From Octopus sinensis (Eukaryota): a stretch of DNA of 21,274 bases. Location: NCBI RefSeq assembly GCF_006345805.1, contig NW_021824582.1, positions 1 to 21,274 of the forward strand. Direction: 5' to 3'. The notes under the pieces were generated by a model that was given only the letters and a program-made list of their open reading frames with translations, had not been told where the DNA came from and ran no database searches. Position numbers and translations under genes: made by a program. Each line of letters opens with the position of its first letter. Positions within the stretch are counted from its first letter, which is position 1. Below are positions 1-9,032 of this stretch, in pieces.

Positions 1-526
1 GGCTAATTACAGTAATTATTAACAATATTAAACAATATTAAACGTTATTTAATTTAATCCTAAGGCTAATTAACAATAATTATTAACAATATTAAACAAT
101 ATTAAAAGTTATTTAATTTAATCCTAAGGCTAATTAGACGTTATTAATATTAAACGTTATTTAATTTAATCTTAAGGCTAATTAGAAGATAGAGTATCTG
201 AAAATTATTAACAATATTAAACAATATTAAACGTTATTTAATTTAATCTTAAGGCTAATTAACAATAATTATTAACAATATTAAACAATATTAAACGTTA
301 TTTAATTTAATCCGAAGGCTAATTAACAATAATTATTAACAATATTAAACAATATTAAACGTTATTTAATTTAATCTTAAGGCTAATTAACAATAATTAT
401 TAACAATATTAAACGTTATTTAATTTATTCCTAAGGCTAATTAACGTTATTTAATTTAATCCTAAGGCTAATTAACAATAATTATTAACAATATTAAACA
501 ATATTAAACGTTATTTAATTTAATCC
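1..526. repeat. AT-rich tandem repeat, ~64-bp unit (GGCTAATTAACAATAATTATTAACAATATTAAACAATATTAAACGTTATTTAATTTAATCCTAA), about 8 full or partial units; may run off the window start
   Basis: GGCTAATT restarts at 1, 64, 128, 176, 253, 317, 381, 435 and 466; units differ by internal deletions and one short insertion. Confidence 0.95.
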
Positions 527-666
527 ATTATTTACATTTTATTTACATCGTTGCGGCTGATATACCTGCCACCCTTACTCAGGTGTTTTGGTGGAAATTT
601 CAAACGTCGGCTCTCATTCCTCAGGTACTTTTCGATGTTGCCATTATGAATATTATTATTTTTATT

Positions 667-739
<73 letters not shown>

Positions 740-740
740 T

Positions 741-772
<32 letters not shown>

Positions 773-858
773 TTATTATTATTCATGTCACTGCCTGGAA
801 TCGAAGTCGGAATGTTTGGGGTTAGTAGGCCCGCGCCATTACCCACTAGCCATATCCC
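527..858 (-). mobile_element. tRNA-derived SINE: tRNA-like head + (AAT)n + Penelope-like tail with a degenerate hammerhead core
   Basis: Minus strand shows A-box-like TGGCTAGTGG, B-box-like ACTTCGATTCC, an (AAT)n tract, then AACATCGAAAAGTACCTGAGGAATGAG...ACAC-CTGAGTA...CAGCC-GCAA-CG and a terminal TGTAAATAAAATGTAAATAAT; the tail is homologous to 8148-8303. Confidence 0.75.
651..783. repeat. (ATT)n microsatellite inside the SINE
   Basis: Direct inspection; source of the poly-N/poly-I/poly-Y ORFs. Confidence 0.98.
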
Positions 859-860
859 GT

Positions 861-912
861 GGGCATATGGCATAGTGATTAAGACACCTGATGAACGCTG
901 GAGGGTATATCA
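861..912 (+). mobile_element. Second, internally deleted copy of the same SINE, head-to-head with 527-858
   Basis: GGGCATATGGCATAGTGATTAAGA (tRNA-like start, inverted relative to ~835-858) is fused directly to CACCTGATGAACGCTGGAGGGTATATCA (CTGATGA at 888-894). Confidence 0.7.
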
Positions 913-949
913 CGGGTATAGTTCATGAAAATATCACTTCTATAATTCA

Positions 950-1019
950 TGATATATATCTGTATTCATACATATGTATATATATCTTTAATATATTTTT
1001 TTATATATATTTCATATAG

Positions 1020-1050
<31 letters not shown>

Positions 1051-1055
1051 TATAA

Positions 1056-1089
<34 letters not shown>

Positions 1090-1210
1090 ATATAAATATA
1101 TATAATTATATAAATATATATATATTATATATAAATAATATATATATATATATATATATATATTTGTATACATTTACGTACGTGTGGTTATACGGATAGA
1201 TAGATATATG

Positions 1211-1270
<60 letters not shown>

Positions 1271-1330
1271 ACATATATATAATGTATGTCCATATATATA
1301 CCTACTGATACATCTATACATACAAATGCA
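950..1330. repeat. Imperfect (TA)n microsatellite
   Basis: Direct inspection. Confidence 0.97.
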
Positions 1331-1608
1331 GACATGTAATAGTGCGCGTGCGTGTATAGCCTTGACAATAATGATGATGACGATTATGATGATGACGTTG
1401 ACGAAAGCTGCTTACACGTATATAAAAATGTCTGACCTGATTTTTGACTAAGAGGCCTGCAGTCGTTAATGTTAAGTCAAGTGTGACTCAGTTTCAACAT
1501 TCTTAACACACCACACACACACACACACACACACGCACACCAAAACTAACACAGATAAACACGCAGGTGACTCAGACCAACAATTACTGCTATATCGTGC
1601 CCACCCAT

Positions 1609-2190
1609 ATGTGGCAAGCTAGTAGAAACGTTAGTGCCCCGCGCGAAATGCTTAGCCGTATTTCGTTCGTCGCTAAGAACTGAGTTCAAATTGCGACGAA
1701 GTCGACTTTGCCTTTCATCATTTCGGGATCGATAAATTATGTACCAGTGACGCACTGGGGTCGATTAATCGACGTAATCCGTTTGTCTGTCCTTGTTTTG
1801 CCCCTCTATGTTTATCCCCTTGTGGCTAATAAAGAAACAGATATTTCGCCCGTCGATACGTTATGAGTTCAAATTCAGCCGAGGTCGACTTTGCCTTTCA
1901 TCATTTCGGGGTCGATAAATTAAGTACCAGTGACGCACTGTGGTCCATGTAATCGACTTAATCCGTTTGTCTGTCCTTGTTTGTCCCCTCTATGTTTATT
2001 CCCCTGTGGCTAATAAAGAAACAGATATTTCGCCCGTCGATACGTAATGAGTTCAAATTCAGCCGAGGTCGACTTTGCCTTTCATCCTTTCGGGGACGAT
2101 AAATTAAGTACCAGTCAAAGACTGAAGGTCGATGTATTCGACTTGTTCCCCGCCCAAATTTCACGCCTTGTGCCTATTGTAGAACTATAT
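1609..2190 (+). mobile_element. tRNA-related SINE, one head followed by three tandem bodies (~184-bp period)
   Basis: GAGTTCAAATT...GTCGACTTTGCCTTTCATC(A/C)TTTCGGG..CGATAAATTA(T/A)GTACCAGT occurs three times; unit starts at ~1658, 1841 and 2025; GTTCAAAT is B-box-like. Confidence 0.85.
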
Positions 2191-2365
2191 ATCTTGTTCA
2201 GCCTGTTCGAATTGTGCCAATGCTAACATTCACTTTTAACGTTTTAGTGTCGATGAAATAAGAAGCAGGTTCATATCGGGGTCGAAGTAATAAACTAGCA
2301 AACTCCAACAACAGTTTGGGACTTGTATATATGGCCTTTTTCACTTCTCTATTCCTCACTCACTC

Positions 2366-2437
2366 TTTACATATATATATATGTGTGTGTGTGTATGTAT
2401 GTATGTATGTATGTATTTATGTATGTATGTATGCATG

Positions 2438-2515
<78 letters not shown>
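2366..2515. repeat. Compound (TG)/(TATG)/(TA)n microsatellite
   Basis: Direct inspection. Confidence 0.97.
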
Positions 2516-2516
<1 letters not shown>

Positions 2517-2550
2517 TAGCTGAAGGTGACCCGCTCTACGCGCGGGTAAG
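2516..2550 (-). mobile_element. Isolated Helitron-type 3' terminus (hairpin + CTAG^T)
   Basis: Hairpin ACCCGC(2529-2534)/GCGGGT(2542-2547); on the minus strand it is followed 9 nt later by CTAG (2519-2516) and T; same architecture as 4877-4905. Confidence 0.6.
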
Positions 2551-2574
2551 AGTGTGGTTGTTACTTTCCGTTGC

Positions 2575-2898
2575 TTCCTTTCAGCACGTAAAAAGCACCA
2601 TCCGAACGTGGCCGATTGCAGCACCGCCTTGACTTGCTTCTGTGCCGGTGGCACGTAAAAAGCACCAACTGATCGTTGCCACTGCGAGCCCCCCCCCCCC
2701 CTGGCACCAGTGCCGGCGGCACGAAAAAAGCACTCACTACACTCACAGTGAGGTTGGCGTTAGGAAGGTCATCCACCTGTAGAAACACTGCCAGATCAGA
2801 CTGGAGCCTGGTGCAGCCTCCTGGCTTCCGGGACCCCGGTCACACTGCCCAACCCGTGCTAGCACGGAAAACGGACGTTAAACGATTATGTATGATGA
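2575..2898 (+). mobile_element. 5'-truncated SINE body and tail with triplicated GCACG(T/A)AAAAAGCAC motif, ending in a (GAT)-type tail
   Basis: Three copies of the motif at ~2584, 2651 and 2719; palindrome CCGTGCTAGCACGG at 2854-2867; ACGGACGTTAAACGATTATG end; resembles an Octopus SINE tail from recall. Confidence 0.7.
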
Positions 2899-3193
2899 TT
2901 CTCCGTATTTGTTTCTCTCTCTCCTTTCTCTCTCACTTTCCCACTCTCTTACTTTTCTTTTCTCTCTCGACCTCCCTCGCTTTCTCTTACTCTCTATCTT
3001 TATCTATCTCTCTCCCATTTATAAACAACAGAAGATCTTGAGTAAGTTGAGGAATAAAATATTTAGAAAGATCAATCAGAAATATGAGGCAGTGGCAATG
3101 GAAAGGTCTGCTTCAAGGCAGACAGCAAAACGCTTACATTCAAAAGGGACAGACGAACTTGCGAGCTGAATAAAAATAATAAAATATTGGAAA

Positions 3194-3490
3194 CCAAAGT
3201 TTGAAGGGATAGAATCTGAGGATAGTAGAGTCACCATGGCTGGCATTTGTTAACAACGGACAGCAACGTAGTGACAGTTTAACGGCTGGCATAAAATTTA
3301 GAACTTGATGTAAAAGAAAATTCGTAAACACCAAGTTTTGAAGTGATTCTTTCTCACGACAGTAGACTCACCATGGCAAGCATTCAAAACTTCTTTATAA
3401 TGGACGGCAACACATTGACGATTAAAAGGCTGGCGCAAATTTTTTAGCTTGATGCAACAGAGAATTCCTAAACACCCGCTCTTTGAAATT
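3194..3490. repeat. Diverged direct duplication, ~136-bp period
   Basis: Anchors ACCAA(A/G)(G/T)TTTGAAG, AGTAGA(G/C)TCACCATGGC, GGCTGGC, CTTGATG and TAAACACC each occur twice about 136 bp apart. Confidence 0.75.
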
Positions 3491-3896
3491 TTAATCCCCT
3501 TCCAGCCCCATTTAGACCCTTTTTCACATTTTGGTTAATATAACCTGATTTCATTCGGGTGTACTGGGGCCACATTTTATAAGATGAGGAATTTTGTCCT
3601 AGAGGTGACGCCTTTCATTTGAGGAACAAAATAGTTGTGATGCAAACTTGTCAGCACCTTTAACATAGGTGTGCATATTTTCAGGTGAATCGACCGACTA
3701 CGTAATGCACACATATATATATGTGTATATATATATATATATATGTGTGTGTGCACGCATTATATATACAAATGTATGCAAATGAGATATATATCTGTAT
3801 AAATTAAATTAGAGAAAGAACCACTAATAGGCAAATCAAACAGTGAAAAACCAAAAACAAAAACATAAAAAAAGAAAATATAACATAGAAAATATA

Positions 3897-4904
3897 TCTA
3901 TATATATAAAACTGTAGTTGTGTGAATATCTGTCCCCTTCGATTTAGATTCCTAACTACTCCCAAATTTTGCGGTGCAGTTTAACCAAATTCGGGTATCT
4001 TATAGTCGTGATTCATATGGAGCCCGTCTGGGTATTAGCGCGCGTCTACGATGAGTCTACGATTTTAAAAATAATTTAACATCATTTTTTATTCCATTTT
4101 AATGCATATTTTTCGTGTGTCGATGGCGGCGGAGTTGGCGTCCACGCTCACGCCTGCACCTGTGGTGACCTGTGGGAGGGAGTGTAAGGAAATCAACGTC
4201 GTAATGCGTTGTCAGGAGACCAGCGTTCTTTTAGAACAACGACTTCATGGCTTGAAGTCGCCAAACAGAAATCTTAAAAAAGCTGAAACAGATCCCAAAA
4301 TGGCAAAAAAAAAAAAACCGCCACACAGGCAGGTTTCCTCTGCAAACAATTTGCACAACCGAATGTTTTAGTTGTTGCACAAATCTTTATATATAAAAGT
4401 AAGGTTGTGTGTCTGTCCTACGATTTAGATTCCTAAGTACCTCCCACATTTTTGCGGTGCAGTGTAACCAAAACCGGATATCTTATAGTCGTGATTCATA
4501 TCGAGCCCTTCTGGGTATTAGCGCGCGTCTACGATGAGTCTACGATATTTTAAAAAAAAATTACCATCATTTTTTATTTTCCGTTTTAATGCATTTTTCG
4601 CTATTATATAAGGGAAGTAACTCTCTAAAATGTCTACGATGAGTCAAACGATTAAAAAAAAAATGACCATCATTTTTTTTATTCCATTTTAATATGCATT
4701 TTTTTTCGCGCGATTATATAAGGGAAGTAACTCTCTAAAAATGTCTACGATGAGTCACCGATTTAAAAAAGATTACTATCATTTTTTTTATATCCATCTT
4801 TAATGCATTTTTTGCTATTTTTTTTTGCTATAACTCACTAAAAATAAAATGCTTATATCGTTATTTCCCTTACAAACCCGAGCAACGCCGGGCGATACTG
4901 CTAG
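3897..4904 (+). mobile_element. Composite non-autonomous Helitron: two 5' modules, internal sub-repeats and one 3' end
   Basis: A^TCTATATATATAAAA at 3897 and A^TCTTTATATATAAAA at 4384; 3897-4112 is duplicated at 4384-4598; 3' hairpin CCCG-AGCAACGC-CGGG (4877-4892), then CTAG (4901-4904) and T; AT target with no TSD, as expected for Helitrons. Confidence 0.85.
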
Positions 4905-5029
4905 TAAAATATAAAATTGAAAACATTAAATTATTTAATTGAAAATAAAATTATGAATTTATATTTATAATTTGTTTAAATATATATATAACTATGAAAA
5001 GTATGAAAAAGTTTAATATACATAAATAT

Positions 5030-5280
5030 AGATATATACACTTTGTTATATACATTATATATACATTTTTATATATGAACACACACACCCATACATTATA
5101 TATACATATTTATATATAGAACACACACACACACACATACATTTATATACATATTTATATATGGAACACACAACACACACACATATTTATATATACATAT
5201 TTATATATAGAACACACACACATACATTATATATACATATATATATATAGAACACACACACACACACACACACATATACT
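5030..5280. repeat. Compound minisatellite (TATATAGAACACACAC..ATACATT), ~5 units of ~40 bp
   Basis: GAACACACAC recurs, separated by ATACATATTTATAT blocks. Confidence 0.85.
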
Positions 5281-5539
5281 AACGCAAGAATATCTGATTC
5301 ATAATTTTGTTCTCATGCTCGTGTGTTGATTGTTGGTGACAGACATATATTTAAAGAACGCCGCCGAAGTGATAGGAAGGTAGGAAACAGAGTCAGTGAA
5401 AAAGAAGGAAAAACGATAGTGACAGATACTTTAAATAACCGTAGTGGACTTCTGAAAGCTATGAAGATGAGTAAGAGAGGGAAAGGAGGAAATAGGGTGA
5501 GTGAGGAAATGGCCCCTAGCAACCACACCACCTTTTAAG

Positions 5540-5680
5540 ATAGGGATTTGTAAGGTAGCCCACGCGTATCGTCACCTCATTCTACATGACCCTGTAAATT
5601 TTGGAGCGAATCGGACGGATGTAGTGGCATTGAAAGCGATCCAAGCGGTAAAAACGCATTTCAGTTTTATATATAGAAGA
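5540..5680 (-). mobile_element. Helitron-like 5' module, possibly extending left to ~5278
   Basis: Minus strand begins A^TCTTCTATATATAAAACTGAAATG, similar to the 5' ends at 3897 and 4384; no convincing 3' hairpin/CTAG found. Confidence 0.55.
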
Positions 5681-5927
5681 TATATATATATATATCTATA
5701 TTATGTATATATATATATGTATATATATATGTATATATATAATATTCTTATACAATATAATATATATACATATATATATATATATATAGATCTCATATAT
5801 ATATATATTATATATATATATATTATATATATATTATATATATATATATATATGCATATATATATATAATATATATGTATATATATATATATATGTATAT
5901 ATATAATATATACATATATATATATAC

Positions 5928-5960
<33 letters not shown>

Positions 5961-6004
5961 TTCTATATATAAAACTGAAATGCGTTTTTACCGCTTGGAT
6001 CGCT
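5635..6004. repeat. Perfect 46-bp inverted repeat enclosing a ~280-bp (TA)n tract
   Basis: 5635-5680 AGCGATCCAAGCGGTAAAAACGCATTTCAGTTTTATATATAGAAGA is the exact reverse complement of 5959-6004. Confidence 0.97.
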
Positions 6005-6044
6005 ATATATATATATATTATATATATATATATACGCACATATT

Positions 6045-6407
6045 GCATGTGTGGTAAGTAGCCATCTAACCAATCACATGCTTTTGGGTTCAGCATGGCA
6101 GAGCAGGGAAGTGTCTTCTACTGTATCCTCGGCCCGAATAAAGCTTTTTGAACGGATTTGGTAGATGGAAACTGAAAGAAGCCTTCGTATGTTTATGTAT
6201 GTATATGATTGTGTGTCTGTGCTTGTGCCCCCACTATCGCTTGACAACCGATGTTGGTGTGTTTCCGTCTCCAAAATATAGCGGTCCGGCAAAAGATAGA
6301 AGATAGAATAAGTAATAGGCTTACAAAAATTAGTCCTGGGGTCGATTTGTTCGACTGTAGGCGGACTCCAGTATGGTCGCAGTTATATGACTGAAACGAA
6401 TAAAAGA
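6045..6407 (+). mobile_element. tRNA-derived SINE family A, diverged near-full copy
   Basis: Colinear with 9527-9848: GTGTGGTAAG, GTGTCTTCTA, GGATTTGGTAGA.GGAAACTG, CGCTTGACAACCGATG, GATAGAATAAG, GACTGAAAC. Confidence 0.9.
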
Positions 6408-6623
6408 AATATATATATATATAAATATATGTGTGTGTGTGTATATGTGTGTAAAATAAGTATGTATATATACATACATGAATATATATATGAAATATAT
6501 TTGTGTATGTATGCATGCATATATATGTGTATGTATGCATATATATATATATATGTATGTATGTATATATATATATTTATATACGTGTGTGCGTATGTAT
6601 GTAATTTATGTGTATGTTTGTAT

Positions 6624-6659
<36 letters not shown>

Positions 6660-6713
6660 ATGTGTGTATATGTAATGTATGTATATATATGTATATATAT
6701 GTGTATGTATAAT

Positions 6714-6842
6714 TAGCTTGCAAACCAACCATATGGTTCTAGGTTCAGTCACACAACATGACAATTTCGACAAGTGTCTTTTGCTATAGCATCGTTTCCG
6801 ACCAAAGCCTTGTGAGTGGATTTGTTAGACGGAAACCGAAAG
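6714..6842 (+). mobile_element. SINE family A, 5' half
   Basis: GGTTCAGTC B-box-like motif; CCGACCAAAGCCTTGTGAGTGGATTTGTTAGACGGAAAC. Confidence 0.85.
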
Positions 6843-7168
6843 ATATATATTTAATATCTATATCTCTCTATAGATTTAAAATTTTTATTCTTTTGTCTTT
6901 AATCTTCTGTCATCTGATTTATTCTTTTATGTTCTGTGAATACTCTGTCTGGAACTTCCTGCATACACGTGGTCTCTGACGACGGAATACCCTGAGGTCT
7001 GGAGATGCTGACCCATCACCTGTGTTATCCAGAAACTGAGATATTAACTACTTCTACTTCTCCATTTTTCATTCCACTCTAATTAAATATTCTAAATGAC
7101 CCGAGATACTCGCCCTGTTTTGGTTTTCATTTATTTTCCTTTAATATGTATGTATGTATCTCTCTTTC

Positions 7169-7228
<60 letters not shown>

Positions 7229-7294
7229 GAATATATAAATTATATGTCTGTATGTATATATGTATACATATATATATATATATTTATATATATA

Positions 7295-7330
<36 letters not shown>

Positions 7331-7334
<4 letters not shown>

Positions 7335-7628
7335 CGTGATCACCGTGACCGACCATCAGATGTTGCTACACATCGCTGGTCACAATGCGTTTGTATTGTT
7401 TTAGCCTTCGAACGACGCCACCCCGCTGGCTCAGCGAGCAGGCCAACAGAAGAAAGAGTGAGAGAAAGAGTGGTGAAAGGGTACAGCAGGAATCACCACC
7501 GCCCCCTGTCGGAGCCTCGTGGAGCTTTTAGGTGTTTTCGCTCAATAAACACACACAACGCCCGGTCTGGGAATCGAAGCCGCGTTCCTCCGACCGCGAG
7601 TCCGCTGCCCTAACCACTGCGCCTCCAC
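7331..7628 (-). mobile_element. tRNA-derived SINE family B, near full length
   Basis: Minus strand: GGCGCAGTGGTTA (A-box-like) and GCTTCGATTCCC (B-box-like); colinear with 9980-10275; tail GTGACCAGCGATGTGTAGCAACATCTG. Confidence 0.9.
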
Positions 7629-7662
7629 ACACGCACACACACACACACAATATATATATATG

Positions 7663-7718
<56 letters not shown>

Positions 7719-7814
7719 TATTTATATATATATATATACATATATATACACATAAGTGTGTGTGTGTGTGCCATAAGCTGTTTTCACTGTCCGTCTTGTT
7801 TATAGCAGAGAACG

Positions 7815-7898
7815 TTTGCTCTAGGTGTCATGCAGTGGAATTGAACCCGAAATCCTGTTGTTCAGAAACGAACTGCTGACCACACAGCCACGCCTATA
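7815..7898 (-). mobile_element. SINE family A head, degenerate
   Basis: CCACACAGCCACGCCTATA and GGAATTGAACCC are reverse complements of the family A head and B-box. Confidence 0.7.
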
Positions 7899-8147
7899 CC
7901 TGTAACGCTTGTCTACGTGTCTGTGTGTGTGTCCATACATATATCACTATATACACGTTTCTAAGAATATGTGTGTAAGTATGCATGTGTGTGCCTGTGT
8001 ATATACAGATAATTCGATTGAATGTTAAGGTGTCGGACGATGTCAGGCAGAGAGATTATGACGTCACAAGAACAAAATAGATTTAAAGAGAGAGCTTGTC
8101 ATTCTCTTCTCTTCTCTCACTCTCTCCCCAAACCTTTCTTCTCTCAT

Positions 8148-8303
8148 AATAATTACATCGAAAAAGACCTTAGAAATGAGAACCCAGGTTCGAAATTTCC
8201 CCACGACACCTGATGAAAGCTGGAAGGTATATCAACCGAAGCGTTGTGTTAACAACAAACAAGATGAGGACGAATATCCGTCAAATGTAAATAATGTAAA
8301 TAA
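8148..8303 (+). mobile_element. 5'-truncated copy of the Penelope-like tail shared with the SINE at 527-912
   Basis: ACATCGAAAAAGACCTTAGAAATGAGAACCCAGGTTCGAAATTTCC...GACACCTGATGA...TGTAAATAATGTAAATAA; preceded by a short ATAATAAT remnant. Confidence 0.8.
8205..8250 (+). ncRNA. Minimal type-I hammerhead ribozyme motif, probably inactivated (GAAA>GAAG)
   Basis: Stem I GACAC(8205-8209)/GTGTT(8246-8250); CTGATGA at 8210-8216; stem II AAGCTG...CAACC (imperfect); GAAG at 8238-8241, then CG-TT giving a one-base-pair stem III. Confidence 0.6.
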
Positions 8304-8552
8304 GAAGTTTTATCGTTTCAAATTTTTTAATTCTTTGCTTGTTTCAGCGTATTTTTGACCACCAAAATGACGAAGATTGTATTTTTAGCTGCATTACTAA
8401 AGGCATTATGTGACTTCGGACTGTTCATTGCTTATACTGTCAATATAGTCGAGTGAAATACCTGACGTGGATCTAATGAAAATGTTGACCGGTCATAATC
8501 AAGCATATTCTTTCGATAACAACTTCAAAGGGCGCTATACATACATACATAC

Positions 8553-8588
<36 letters not shown>

Positions 8589-8626
8589 CATATATATATG
8601 TATATATTATATATATATATATACAT

Positions 8627-8745
8627 TGACCTGCTCGCTTAGCCAGCGGGGTGGCGTCATTCGAAGGCTAAAATAATGCGAACGCATTGTGACCAGCGAT
8701 GTGTAGCAACATCTGATGGTCTAGTCGGACACGTGATCACGTGAT
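8627..8745 (+). mobile_element. SINE family B, 3' tail fragment
   Basis: CTCGCTTAGCCAGCGGGGTGGCGTCATTCGAAGGCTAAAA...GTGACCAGCGATGTGTAGCAACATCTGA matches 7331-7440 (reverse complement) and 10165-10270. Confidence 0.9.
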
Positions 8746-8746
8746 A

Positions 8747-8777
<31 letters not shown>

Positions 8778-8810
8778 GTTTATATATATACGTATGTATA
8801 TAAATATATT

Positions 8811-8874
<64 letters not shown>

Positions 8875-8914
8875 GTACATACATATATACATACATATAC
8901 ATACACACACACAC

Positions 8915-8965
<51 letters not shown>

Positions 8966-9032
8966 TATAGATATATATATATAGATATAGAGAGGATTTT
9001 AGTACTTTGTAAGGAAATAAAATGAAATGTCA

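Noticed and set aside
532-875. Poly-N, poly-I and poly-Y ORFs
   Set aside because: Translations of the (ATT)n microsatellite within a SINE
784-884. A genuine tRNA gene
   Set aside because: A and B boxes are degenerate, no acceptor stem can be closed, and it is joined to a repeat tail; SINE head only
3678-3707. TTTTCAG/17 nt/GTAATG as a microexon
   Set aside because: Frame-shifting length, weak donor and no supporting neighbouring exons
4102-4371. 89-aa ORF inside the Helitron as a captured gene
   Set aside because: No recognisable motif, includes a poly-A-derived lysine run, no splice evidence; no Rep/helicase motifs anywhere in the window
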